Below, in pieces: positions 46,242 to 58,738 of a stretch of 64,000 bases of DNA. How positions within the stretch are numbered: position 1 is the first letter of the stretch; each line of letters begins with the position of its first letter. Source of the stretch: Phyllosticta citribraziliensis. Taxonomy: Eukaryota. Where the stretch lies: positions 1,798,001 to 1,862,000 of the forward strand of contig NW_027117345.1 in assembly GCF_038025025.1 (NCBI RefSeq). Reading direction: 5' to 3'. The position numbers and the translations under genes are program-made. The notes below the pieces were generated by a model. It was given only the letters and a program-made list of their open reading frames with translations. It searched no databases and was not told the DNA's origin.

Positions 46242-49200
46242 ATGCCTCAGACCACAGAAGAACGCGTCGAGCACGCGCTATCCAAGCTCCTCGAGTACCT
46301 GCTGCCCCAGTATCCCGATGAGGACGAAGACACCGCGGATCAACGCCTCGATGATGCCTTCAACTACGCCCTGGACGCCATAGGCAGGCAAGAGCAAAAC
46401 ACCTCGATCGCGAACTCTGCTGACTCCCGCGCAGCTCAGGCGAGCCCAGCATAGCCTCCGACGTCAATCATGCCGCCGACCTCATCAAAAAGAAGCGTAA
46501 GTGCTGTCAGCGCAACGACCTGGACATGGCTGACCGTCACCAGTTGTGCGCGAGAGCAGCTCCCCGGAAAAGCCGCTCCACTTTGCCAACCTATACTCGA
46601 GGCTCCTCACCCAGCCGGTGCTGAACCAAAAATGGGCCATGCTCTACTTTCTGTACCGCCTGTCCGACTCGGACATGCCCGCCGCGCTGCAGGACCTCCG
46701 CTCCCCTCCTAGGTCTCCTGTCCGAAACGATGCCGCGTACCAGTCGCTCACCGCCCCCGAGAACCCGCTGTCGCCGACGCGATTCGCAAGAGAACGGCAG
46801 CTTGCCGAAAACCCTACATTCAACGAGGCCTTTGCGAACGAGGGGCTGCAGCGCTTGCCTCCTGCCGAGGAACCCAAACCAGCCAGGGCGTCGACGGAAC
46901 GGACAAAGCCATCAGAGAAGCAGAAAGGACATGAGAGGTCCAAGACGGCGTCGATTGATCGCAAGAGGACCAGCCTGCAAAAGAAGGACGAGGAAGCAGC
47001 GGCGGAAAAGGGCGGAGAGAAGAAATACACGTCGTTGACGTCCTACGAGCCCTCGGAGACTGCGTTGCTGCGCGACCTGCCCTTTACGCTACAAGGCCTC
47101 TCGTCGTCCAATCTCGTATTTGCCGCCCCGTCGACGCTCAAGATTCCCGCCTCGCTGCCGGCGCCCTTGGTGAGCCTTTTGCACACGTTGGCCGAGCCGT
47201 CCCTGCTGTATCGCAACCTGTCGGAATTCGTCGACTCGTCCGAAGGTGGGCTGGTCGGACAGAGTCTCCGCTCGGCTTTGGGCATCGAGCTGCGGGCCTA
47301 TCTGGGCCTGGTGGCTACCCTCGAAGGCCAGATACGGCGCGCGCTGTCCATGTTGGATGACTCGCAGCCTAGACAAGGAATTGGCAAGGCGGGCGTGACG
47401 TTGAAGCGATGCGTGATTTGGACACGAGAGGCCACCATGGGGCTGCGGCTGATGAGCTTGATTGTCGAAGAGTCCAAGGGTAGGTCTCCAAAGATTTGGA
47501 GTGATGATTGCTAACGAGACGCAGGCAAGAAAGGTGGCGAGCTGATTTCCCTTATTCATTCATTTTCCCTATCACACGGCGACCCATTTGTGGGCGCCTT
47601 TGCAGAACGGCTGCTTGCTCACGTTACACGACCTTTTTACGACATGCTACGACAATGGATTTATGACGGCGAGCTCTCGGATCCCTATCAAGAGTTTTTC
47701 GTGTCGGAACAATACGAAGACGCCAACGACGAGAATGCCGGCAAGGGCGCTGCGACAAGCGTGTGGGAAGACAAGTACAGGCTGAACGAGACGATGACTC
47801 CCACGATTGTGTCGCCCGAGTTCGCCAACAAGGTCTTTTTGATTGGCAAGACGCTCAACTTTATTCGGTACGGCTGCGGAGACGCAGCGTGGGTTGAGAG
47901 CTACTCCAAGGACGCATCGCGGGAGCTGCGCTACGGAGACACGGCCGCGTTGGAGCGCAACATTGGAGAGGCTTACAAGACGACCATGGCGAGACTGATT
48001 CATCTCATGGCCAACAAGTTCAAACTCTTTGATCATCTCCGGGCGCTCAAAAAGTACATTTTGCTCGGTGCTGGCGACTTTATTGCCGTGCTCATGGAGT
48101 CGCTGTCTTCGAATCTGGACCAACCGGCCAACACGCAGTATCGACACACGTTGACGGCGCAACTCGAGCACGCGGTGCGCAACTCGAATGCTCAGTACGA
48201 CTCTCCAGAGGTTCTACGCAGACTCGACTCGCGCATGCTCGAACTCAGCCACGGCGAGATTGGCTGGGACGTTTTCACGCTCGAATACAAGATTGACGCG
48301 CCGGTCGACGTCATAGTCACGCCCATGGGCAGCAAGCAATACCTCAAAATGTTCAATTTCCTGTGGCGCGTCAAGCGCGTCGAGTTTGCGCTGGGCAGCA
48401 CGTGGCGACGATGCATGACGGGGGCCCGGCAATTCCTTGGGGCCGTCGAAGACCGGGTGGGAGCCGACTGGAAAAAGGCGCGGTGCACCGTGGCCGAGAT
48501 GATTCACTTTGTCAACCAGCTGCAGTACTACATTCTGTTCGAGGTGATTGAGTCGTCGTGGAACGAGCTGCAAGAGAGGATGCGGCGGCCAGAAGCGACG
48601 CTCGACGACCTGATCCAGGCGCACGCGCAGTACCTCACAAACATCACGCGCAAGGGGCTGCTCAACTCGTCGGATCGCATGGACTTTACGGGGCAGCTGC
48701 ACGAGCTGCTCAAGATCATGCTGCGCTACAAGGACGCGGTCGACGGGCTGTACTCGTTCTCGACGGCCGAGTTTGCGCGGCGCCAGGAGCGCGCGGCGAA
48801 GATTGAGACGCGCACGGCGGCGGGCAAATGGGGTCTCTCTGATCGCGACTCGGGGGCGTTTGACTCGCCCGTCACGCGCAGCCGCAGCGGGACCAACAAC
48901 AGCGACGGCGACGGCTTCCCGGCGCCGCTGCTCCCCAATGCACCGCATGCCGGCGGTGGTGGTGCCGAAGACGACGACATCCTGGCCGGACTGCGCAACC
49001 GGCTCGGGCTGCTGAGCCGCGACTTTAAGCTCAAGGTCAATATGCTGCTGGGAGATTTGCTGCACCAGCCCGACGCCGACATGCGGTGGTTAGCCATGGT
49101 CATGAACTTCAACGACTCGTACACGCCGGTGCGGCGCAAGAAGACTGTCGGCGGTGGAGGCGGCAGCGCAGGGGCGTCGACGGGGAGGAGGAGCCGGGGC

Positions 49201-49257
49201 GAGGCGTTGGAGAGGGGAGGCAGTCGTCGGGGTGAGAGGGAGGAGACGCGGGCGTAG
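46242..49257 (+). CDS. SPC98: Gamma-tubulin complex component 3 (Spc98/Alp6/GCP3)
   Basis: LLRDLPFTLQG, KKGGELISLIH..HGDPFV, WIYDGELSDPYQEFFV, IGKTLNFIR, HLRALKKYILLGAGDF, GWDVFTLEYKIDAP, YLKMFNFLWRVKR, EVIESSW; introns 46388-46434 (GC-AG), 46497-46543, 47480-47524. Confidence 0.92.
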
Positions 49258-50228
49258 AGATGATGATTTGTTTTGCATGGTGTTTGGTTGCTCCATTCGT
49301 GTAGATGGATGGTGGGTTGGCGGCAGGGCGCAGTTCTGGTGCGATACCATTCGACTTGTCTTTTTTCTCCTTCGTCTTCGAGCATCAAGTTAGATTTGTA
49401 GTTGGACGAAGGATTCTCTGCTTATATGGGCGGTTGCAGACAACGGGCGGGTGCATGCATACATAATGTGCCCTCTCAGGAGATTTGCGCAAGGGTTTTG
49501 GATGTGACAGGTCTGGGCCCCGGCAGCGTGCAACGAGACGACCGGCGGCCGGGTTTCTGTGGAAGCGGAATGGCCTCGCATGGACAAACGCCAGGTCAGG
49601 ACATCCAACAGAAGCAATTGTTGTTGAAGGCGGGCATGCCCGTTGCAATCCTTGCAGCGAGGCCTAAGAACAACGAACAAGGGAAGGGGTCTCCAGGCCA
49701 ACGACACGACGGATGGAGGACACTAACCAACGGCCATCAGCAACGGGCCGCAGCGGCAGCCAACCTAGCTTAGACAAACCTTGGACCGAAAGCTTGTGCG
49801 CCAGCTTAAAGGGACCTAGCCTGATGGAGCCGGAGAAGTGGAAGTGGGAGGATACCAGGGCATGTAGCCCGGCTCCTCCCCAGTACCGTGCCATCCATCC
49901 CATTGTGCAACTGCCCTGCTTGCTGTCTCTCTCGATTAAAATCCCCCACCCGCGACGGCCACGGCGCCGCTTTCCTTCGCTCCCTCTCCTCGTCATCCTC
50001 GCTCTTTGACAGCTTCCGTCAATCGTTGAGTCAGTCGTCAGCACGACTTCAATCGCTCCAGTCGTTCTTTTCCCCGGCAGCGCGTCTTCAATCGCTTTGT
50101 ATCGCCAGACCACCACCTACGCTCCTCCGCGACGCGTCAGCGTCCCCGTCTCCAGTCTCCGCACCACCCACAGCACCTGGAGTAGTTGTTTAGATTGCCA
50201 ATAATCTCACAATTTCCCCCGCAAAACC

Positions 50229-51676
50229 ATGCGCTCGTCGTTCTTCGCCGCTGCTGGCTTGGCCACCGTTGCCAATGCCATCGCTACCATTGAGGTCAAG
50301 GGAAACAAGTTCTTCACTAGTGATGGCGATCAGTTCTTTCTCAAGGGTGAGCATTTGACACGCGCAAGGAGCATCTTTTGGTTGTGACTGACATGAATTT
50401 CTGTAGGCATTGCGTACCAATTGCTGCCTGAGGACCCGCTGCTCAATGCCACCCAGTGCAAGCTGGACGCAGAATTGATGTCCGAGCTTGGAGCCAACTC
50501 CATCCGCGTTTACCACGTCGATGCCGGCAGCTCTCACGAGGACTGCATGACCACGTTCGCCGACAATGGTCAGTCCTACGTCTACATGTCCAAACAATGC
50601 CAACGCTAACGCGGCGTAGGAATCTACCTCTGGGTCGACCTCGACACCTTCACCACGGCCATTGACCAAACCGCGCCGCAATGGAACCAATCGCAGCTGT
50701 CTGCTTTCCAGGCCGTCATGGACGAGTTCCAGAATTACGACAACACAGCCGGCTTCTTCGTCGGCAACGAGGTGTTGACTACGGGCAATGGCTCCGTGGC
50801 CGCGCCGTATGTCAAGGCTGCTGCCCGCGACGTCAAGGCCTACCGCGAGAAGAAGGGCTATCGCGAGATTCCCGTTGGCTACTCGGCCGCCGACATTTCG
50901 ACGCTGCGCCCCATGCTGCAAAACTACATGGCGTGCAGCAGCAACTCGTCCGAGAACCTCGACTTCTTCTCGCTCAATGCCTACGAGTGGTGTGGCGACT
51001 CGACCTATTCCGTCAGCGGCTACGAGCAACTCCAGCAGAACGCGAGCTCGTACAACATCCCCATCTTCTTCTCCGAGGTACATTTCCTTCCCAGCATATC
51101 CAAAATCATGCTAACAGCAAGTAGACCGGTTGCAACACGGTCAAGCCGCGCACCTTTGGCGACCAAGCCGCCATCTTCTCCTCGCCCATGGTAAACACGT
51201 GGTCCGGCGCCATCATCTACGAGTGGATCGAAGAAGCCAACAACTACGGCATCGTGTCGTACGGGCCCAAAGTCGACGCCACGGCCTCGGGCGCCCCGCA
51301 AGACGGCTACCCGCGCTCGGGCACGCCCACGCCCGTCTCGCCCGACTTCTCCAACCTCAAGAAGCAGTGGGCCACGCTGACGCCCGCGGGTGTCAAGAAA
51401 TCGGCCTACACGCCCTCGCTCGACGCCCCCGTCTGCCCCGGCTTCACGAGTGACGTCTGGGAGGTCAACGGCGCCGTCGCGCTGCCGACGCTCGGCGCCA
51501 CGTTCGACGCTGCTGTTCGCTCTAGCATCACGGCGGGCGCGACGGGCTCGCGGACCGGCACGGCGGCTGCGGCCAGCGCGACGAAGACAGGTGCTGCGGC
51601 CAGCCCTGGCAGCGATGTCAGGCGCATGGGCGTCGGGCTGGCGGGTGTCATGGTTGGCGCTTTTGTTTACTTGTAG
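50229..51676 (+). CDS. gel2: GH72 1,3-beta-glucanosyltransferase (Gel2-like, no X8 domain), GPI-anchored
   Basis: Signal peptide; FFLKGIAYQ, LGANSIRVYHVD, catalytic FFVGNEV and PIFFSE, IPVGYSAAD, NAYEWCG, WSGAIIYEW; hydrophobic C-terminus; introns 50347-50406, 50568-50619, 51078-51124. Subfamily name is an inference. Confidence 0.9.
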
Positions 51677-51748
51677 GGGGCCGTTGGCTGGCTGGTTGGT
51701 AGTGTTCGTCGGTCCGTCGGTCTGACGGTCTGATGGTCTAGCTGGCTA

Positions 51749-51780
51749 GACTGACTGACTGACTGACTGACTGACTGACT
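51749..51780 (+). repeat. (GACT)8 microsatellite in the 3' region of the GH72 gene
   Basis: Directly visible perfect repeat. Confidence 0.95.
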
Positions 51781-52123
51781 GATTGACCGGACTCTAGTGG
51801 CTGCTAACTGTCGCATCCTACTTTTTCTTTGCAGTTTGTTGGTCCTTTTTTTCCATAAAAGTCGGGCTCTCTCTCTCTCTCTTTCTTACGACGTCGACGT
51901 GTGTACGCTAGCGATATTATACGGGGGTAGATATCTAGGGAGGTAGCTGTAGGTAGATTGGGGTACCGGTAGTCAAGGTAGTCAGTTCCCCTTACTGAGG
52001 TAGTTTTGGTGTCTATGCTATGCTTTGTGTGAAATGGAGGTTGAATTTCCTTTCTCTCTCTCTATCTATCTAACTATTTTTACAACTACAAACCCCATAT
52101 CAAAACAACCACAGCTCAACCAC

Positions 52124-54000
52124 TCAACGCAGCGAGTCACCCGGGTGCTCCAGCGCCTCATCCTCATCACCATCCTCATCATCACCAACACCAAAAGCAT
52201 CACCCCCCTCACTCCCCTCCCCATCCTCCAAATCGCCAGAAAAGCGCTTAAACTTCTCATCCTTCCACTCGCGGCCCCACTCCACGACAAAGCCATCCTG
52301 GACCTCACACCCCTTGAGCACCGTGCGCTCATCGCCGCGCGCCGGGCCGCCCTCGACGCGGCACCGCCGGCCGAGGATGCAGTCGGAGAGCTGCGCATTG
52401 TCGCCGACCTCGGCGCCGTCCATGAGCAGGCAGCGCTGCAGGCGCGCGCCGCTGCCGACGCGGCAGCCGGCGCCGATGACGCTCTCCTTGATGTTGGCCT
52501 TCTCGCCGACGCTCACGTTGTCCGCCAGCAGGCTGTTGTCCGCCTCGACGCGGCATTTGAGCGGGATGCGGTCCGGGTGCGCGATTTTGGCCGCGTGCGC
52601 GAAGGGGGACGCGGCGCTGCGGATGTCGACTTCGTCGAGGGCGGGCAGTTTGGCGAGGCGCAGCGAGGTGGTGAGGAGCAGGGCCGCTGTGTCGACGCGC
52701 CGGATCAGCGGCGCGCTGGGCGTTTTGGGCTGCACGTAGGCCAGGATGCGCGGGACGTGGAGCGGTTCTTTGCGGTCGGTGATGGCCGTGACCTCGACGG
52801 TTGGGCCCGACGCGTTTTGCACGCGAGAGGCGAGGGGGAGCGTCCCCGACGAGTCGGTGCTCTCCGGGTTGCTTGGGTCGGCGTGGTGCGGCGTCTTGGA
52901 CGTGCTGGACAGACTGGCAATGTCGACTTCTTCGGTCAGGACGCCGGCTGCGGCGCCGCTCCCAGCGACGACGCTCTCTTCCAAACTGGCCGCAGGAGGG
53001 GGGTGGAAGATTTCGCGGAGTCCCAGTTTCTCGCCCAGCCCGTGCTGCCAGCCGGCTTTGGCCCACCAGCCGAGCGCGTCCGACACGCTGTCGAATCGCT
53101 CGTTCTTCTTGATCATGTCCAAGACCCAGTAGGGGAAGAAGTAGACAAAGGCGTCGCGGGTGGTCGTCATCATCTTGACGCGGCCGTGCTTGACCAGCAG
53201 CGAGTGACGGATGGGAAGGCCCTTGCTCTCGTCGACAATGTCATTCAAAACGTCCTTGGGGATGGCGTAGACGAGGTTGGCAAGGTCCGGACGCAGCGAG
53301 CCCGTGTTTGGCGGCACGACAGACTTGGCCAGCGGCGTGGTTGCGATAAAGTCCGTCTCTTCGCCCTTGACGGCGTCCTCGCCCTTGGTTTGGAACCACA
53401 CTCCCAGACCTCCTCTTCTACCGCTTTTTTCACCCCCGATGCTGAGGGGGAGGGGTCGGTTGTTCTCCTTGCCGCCCGTTGCTCCTCCTAGACCGCCCTC
53501 TTCAATCATCCACGACTCAACGAGGCGCTGGCCGTTGAGCTCGCAGACCAAGTCGCACGGCAAGACGACGAAATCTCCGGTAATGACATCTTGAACTTCC
53601 TTGAGCCTGAAGATTTCGCCCGTGCCTGTCGTCTGGGTAAGGTCCTCGGGAGCAATGATGTCGGGCTTTGGCGACGGAAGAGACGTGAGGTGTGGGTTTT
53701 GCGAGAGGGCAGCGTCGAGCGCTTCGACCGATTCCGGGGGCGTGACGAGTGATATGTCTGGCGGGTATCAATGTCAGAAATTCCAAGAACAACTCCACGA
53801 AAACATACAAGTCGCTACATACTTGTGATTCCCATGCGGTAGCACCACTCCAGAGGGTACCAGACCATGGGGCGGTTGGCGATTGGGACGAGCGCTTTGG
53901 GAAAGTCCTTTGGATTCGACGTAAAAGTGTCGAGAGAGACTCCGGGGCCGCACAGGATTAGGGCCTGGAAGCCCGTCGTGGGCTGGGTTGCATGAGGCAT
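52124..54000 (-). CDS. GCD1: Translation initiation factor eIF2B gamma subunit
   Basis: FQALILCGPG, PKALVPIANRPMVWYPL, DFVVLPCDL (pyrophosphorylase-like domain) and C-terminal hexapeptide beta-helix (VGEKANIKESVIGAGCRVG); one intron about 53758-53822. Confidence 0.93.
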
Positions 54001-54347
54001 GTTGCGGTGGTGGTTGTGTAATTTCGAAAAGGGTCGGTCAGACGGTCAAGTCGAAGACGGCGGCAGAGGCAGTGGACCCAGGTCTCCAGTCTACGGCAGT
54101 CCTGGAGCGTGAGTCGAGTCGGCGCAAGGGTGGTGGTGTTGTTGGAGGTGTGGACGGGAAAAATGCTGGAGCTCTGACGCATCCCGGCGACGTCGATCGG
54201 CTTTGCGCACGGCCCAAGACTTTGGGGGGGCCTAAGGTCCGGTAGCTCTCCACCATTCAAGTGGAGGTAAACGCCCAGCCACCTCTTTCTCAACCGCCAA
54301 AACACCCTCTGGCGCTGGACCATCGGTAGCGATGACCTGCTGCCACC

Positions 54348-55668
54348 ATGTCCTTTTCATACGACCGCTATGACCGCCGTCAACAGAGCTCGCGTCGCTC
54401 CACCCTCGGCTACTGGGTCCCTCTGATTGTGACTGTCACCATTGCGACGGCCGGCGTCGCTGCGTGGATCTGGAGCGAGCGCAGCGAGGGCGACGACGAC
54501 GACGACGACGACCATGCCGACTGGGACGACCCGCGGCCACAGGTCCACGATGACGACTCTGAATCCGCCAGTTTGAGAGCGGCCGAGGACGAGGGTTTCG
54601 TGGCGCGCATGTCGGGCGCCATTCGTCGCACACCCAGTCCGCAGCAGGTCTTTGACAACGCTAGCAAGAAGCTAGCCGCGGGCGTGTCCGCCGCTGGGAC
54701 GGCCTTTGGCGCAGCCCTGGCTTCAATCCGCGAAGAGGAGCGCGACGACTACGCCGACCATTCGAGATGGTCGGAAGAAGCTGCGCGCCAGGTCGAGGCG
54801 CAATCTTCAGAGAGTGCTGCCGCCGTTCGCACCCACACCGAGGCCTTTGCTGAATCTGCGCGACTGCCCTCGGGCCCTGACAACAGGAAGAAGGTTGCCA
54901 TTGTGCTCTCCGCTGATGCTGCTGCGCATGAGGAAGAGCAGGGCGCATATCACGAGCAGGCAGTGCGTATCAAGGTCTATTAAACGTAGCCAATTCTGAC
55001 GTCTCCAGTCCATTCTCTCTCACCTACCCCAAATCGACCACTCCACCACCAATCTCCTCATTCTCATTTACGCACCGCATCTCAAGCCCGGCTCCAGCTC
55101 TAGTAACAAGGATCTTTCGCCGGGCAGCACAGGAAATCCCATGGCTGCGTCCCTCGGATCCTCCTACTCCGCCATCTCTGCCACCTCTGCCGACCAGCCT
55201 CTCACCACTGTGGATCCGCAGCCGCACGACACCGGCGACTCGGATAGCAACAATGCCCTCTACAGCACCATTCACGCCGCCGCCCGCCGTCTCGTCCCGC
55301 GCTCGACGAATATCCTGCCCTTTTCCAGCTCAACCGGCCACGTCCACATGCTCAAACACCTTGCCCCGCGCCTCGTCTACATGACGGATGACCTGACGGG
55401 TCCGCGCGGGGAAAACGTTGTTGCGCTCAAGCCGCCTGGGAACAAGCACTGGGTCGGGCAGATCATGGTGGTTGTCGGCTCCCAAGGCGCTGGCACGGCC
55501 GGGCTGGTGGACACGGAGGACGACGAGGGCGACCAACCGGCAAGTGGCAAGGAGGCCAGGAAGTGGTGGGAGGAGAGCCACATGGTCGGCTTGGGTAAAG
55601 GCGTGGAGATTGTAGACGCCGATCGACTGGTGGACGATTTTGAGAGAAGAGCATGCGGGAAGGAGTGA
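54348..55668 (+). CDS. Peroxin Pex22-like protein of filamentous ascomycetes
   Basis: N-terminal basic stretch plus single TM (RRSTLGYWVPLIVTVTIATAGVAAWIWSER), acidic tract, C-terminal domain GHVHMLKHLAP..VVVVG..KWW..GLGK; intron 54964-55008. Family recalled from memory. Confidence 0.7.
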
Positions 55669-56469
55669 AATGACGCGGAAAAGCCGTCGCATTGGTTGCT
55701 TCATCTTCCGGCGTCGTTGGTCTTGTCCCTCTGCATACTTCCCTCCCTTTCTTTCCGCACATGACTGCGTCGATGAAGCGCTTGATACCAGCAGGAGAAA
55801 CCAAAAGGCCGTTTGCCTACATGCCTTACGTTTGGAGCCGCCATCTGTCTTACCCTTTCTTTCGGTACGAGAATACATCAAAGTATTCAGGCGATACTGC
55901 CGCATCAACACGTTCTTTGCCTCCTCCCGATTTGCCCACGTACTGTGCTCTCTCCTGCGCAACTACTGAGAACATGAGGTGGACTCTGGCTGTTTTGTCC
56001 AGCCGGTCCTCTTTGGCCGCAGGCCCCTATTGTGGCCATTGAGCTGGCTCCGTGTCGGCCTCGTCCGCGTTAGAAAGGTGAGGCTCTCGGCTCGCCGAAT
56101 CTACGATGGAAATGGCAGTCCTGGGTCTATCCGCGGTGGCGGATGACTGCTCCCACGACGCAGCTGTAACAGTGAACGACGGCTCCCCAGCCCCATCCAC
56201 AGCAGACGAATTCTCCCAAGACGCAGCAGCCGCTGTACCCAAAGTCATCATTCCCATCGACAGCGGCCGTGCCAGGAAGCGTTCACGGGGCGAACTGAGC
56301 CGAAGACTGGGCGGGGTATCTCAAGTGTCTCAAGTATTCTAACGTATTCTAACGCCTCGCTCTCTCAACGCAGTTCAGCTCTTACGGCAATTCTGCACGC
56401 CCTCTCCATCAATTCAAGCGTCCTTCTCACGCCTTGGGTATCTCGTCCCCTCGCACCAACACTAAACTC

Positions 56470-58738
56470 TCACAACTTGTCCATCCCAGCAGCCCTCACA
56501 TCCTCGACCACAGCAACGCCCTCCCCCTTCTCCTTCTCACTCGCCCCCAGCGACGCCGGCGCCGCCGCAGCCGCCGCCGCCGCCGCTTCCAACCCCACCG
56601 CCACGCCCGGCGGCAAATGCATCAGCACCCTCTCGCCCGTAAACAGCAGATCAATCTGCTCCAGCGACAGGTTCTTCGTCTCAGGGTAGAAAAAGTAGAT
56701 GACGGGCGCGAAGGCGAGGTTGAAGATGGCGAAGTAGAGGTACGTGCGCCACTGGATGCTGGCGATGCTGACGGGCACCACTTCGACGACGAGGAACGTG
56801 AAGATCCAGTTGGAGGCGGTGGCGAGCGACGCCGCTTTGGTGCGGATGGCCAGGGGCGCGTATTCGGCGGGGAGAAGCCACGGGATCGCGAGGAGCCCGA
56901 CGGCGAAGAAGAAATTGAACGCTGTGCGTGAATAAGTCCAGCTGCCCTCTGATACACCCGCCTTACAAGCTCGATATGGACCCCCGGGGGTGGGGAGGGG
57001 TTTGGCCTCACCAAAGAGCATAACAGCAGCAACGATGCCAGCAGCCTTCGACCCATCGGCGACAGTGCCAGCCAGCACAGCCATGCAGGCGGCCTGGCCG
57101 AAGACGGCGAACAGCATGAGCGGCCGCCGCCCGATGCGGTCGAGCAGCCACACGACGGGGAACGTCGACAGGAAGTAGGCGATGCCGTTGAAGCCGGCCA
57201 GCAGGAGTGCCGTGTTCTTGGACATGCCGATGCTGGTTTCGAAGATGACGGCCGCGTAGTACGTTATGAGGTTGACTCCTGGGAGGACGGGTTAGTGTTC
57301 AGGGGTTCAGGGGGTCGATGTTTTTTGGTGTTTGGGGAACTTACCGGAGAGCTGTTGGATGAATTGGCCGCCGATGCCGACTGCGAGAGTTGTTAGATGA
57401 GAGCTTTGTCAAGGAGTGGGATGCAAGGCTTGGTTACAAAAGTCGTGGCGCACACAAGAGTCGTCAGTCTCGCCCACAGGGAGCGTTCATCTGCTCCAAC
57501 AGAGAATCAACAGGGAGCATTCAAGCGCCAAGTGTCGTGATGGTGAGGAAATTGTGTGTGCCACGACCTTTGCTACCAAGCCTTGGTGTCTGGACTTACG
57601 CAGCACGCGGTATCGAAACTTCTGGGGCCCATTCTTGAAGAGCGCCTTGAACGACGTGCCGCCGGCAATCTCCTTCTCCTCGTACAGCGCGTGCTGGATG
57701 ATGTCGACCTCGGCGCGGATTATTTCGGGGTTGGCTTTGGGTTGAAGTGCTTCGAGCACGCGGAGGGCCTCTTCTTCGTGGCCGTGATTCAACAGCCAGC
57801 GAGGGGATTCGGGGAGGAAGACTATCATGCCCAGCGTTACGAGGGCGAAGAGGATTTGGAACGCGATGGGCGCCCTGAATTGCGACTCGTTTTCGACGAA
57901 GCTGAAGCCTGGAAGGAGTGTTAGAGGCCGGAGGAACGCAACTGGTTGGGCAAGAGGAAGAGGATGAAGAAAAGGAAAACTTGCCGTAGTCGACCCAGTA
58001 CGCAGTTGCGACACCTGCAATGTTCAAGACAAACTAAGACATGATTAACAACAGATCTGTCACCCTCTGCTTAAATCTCACCTCGATTGCAAGCCCCTTG
58101 CCACGTTTGTGGGCCTTCATCAATTCGGCGTGCCAGACGGCTACCAGCAAGGTCAGTGCCAGATTCCAAAAATTCCAGACGGGGGAACTCACGAATTGCA
58201 GAAGTGTTGATTCCGTTACCAAGGCCAGCAACCTGCGTGTGCAGAGTCAGCACTCACTCGAATCCGACAGACCAACTTGAACATACAATTCTCCCCACAA
58301 TCAGCTGCGGAATACCATAGGCAGAGCACTGAATCACAGCTCCAACAGTAAGGACGCTGCAGCCAATCATGATGGATCTACGCCGTCCCAAAACCTCGCC
58401 CGTGCAAAAGGCAAAGATGGCGCCGAAGAAGCATCCGATTTCGTAAATGGCCACGACGGTGCCTTGGAGGCTGGAACTGCCCGGATTCTTGACCGTGTCG
58501 ATTTCGGGGAAGCGAGTAGTGAAAGAGGAGCCCGTGAGCAGACCGGACATGACGCCCTGGTCGTACCCTGATTCACATCAGCGTCGACTCTCCGTTGGAC
58601 GACGGAGGATGGCACAAACCAAAGAGCAAGAAGCAGAAGCCAGCACACAAGGTGATGGCATTATCGAGCGCCTGTTCGAGTTTAGTGCTTGCACTGCAGA
58701 GAGTGGAAGATGTCGACCCGTACCTTTCCCGTCAACAT
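56470..58738 (-). CDS. MFS sugar porter (Stl1-like hexose/polyol transporter)
   Basis: LFGYDQGVMSG, YEIGCFFGA, GRRRSI, GRIVAGLGNG, PESPRWL, QQLSGVNLITYY, DRIGRRPL, PWLLPAEY, YPETKNLSLEQID; about nine introns including a 15-nt first exon (58724-58738). Confidence 0.95.
57424..57585. repeat. 34-bp imperfect inverted repeat inside a 219-nt intron
   Basis: Arms 57424-57457 and 57552-57585 are reverse complements at 30/34 positions. Confidence 0.9.

Noticed and set aside
50190..51083. 297-aa - strand ORF
   Set aside because: Antisense shadow of the GH72 gene.
52025..53491. 488-aa + strand ORF
   Set aside because: Antisense shadow of the GCD1 exon; strong GC3 bias suppresses stops on the opposite strand and no motifs are present.
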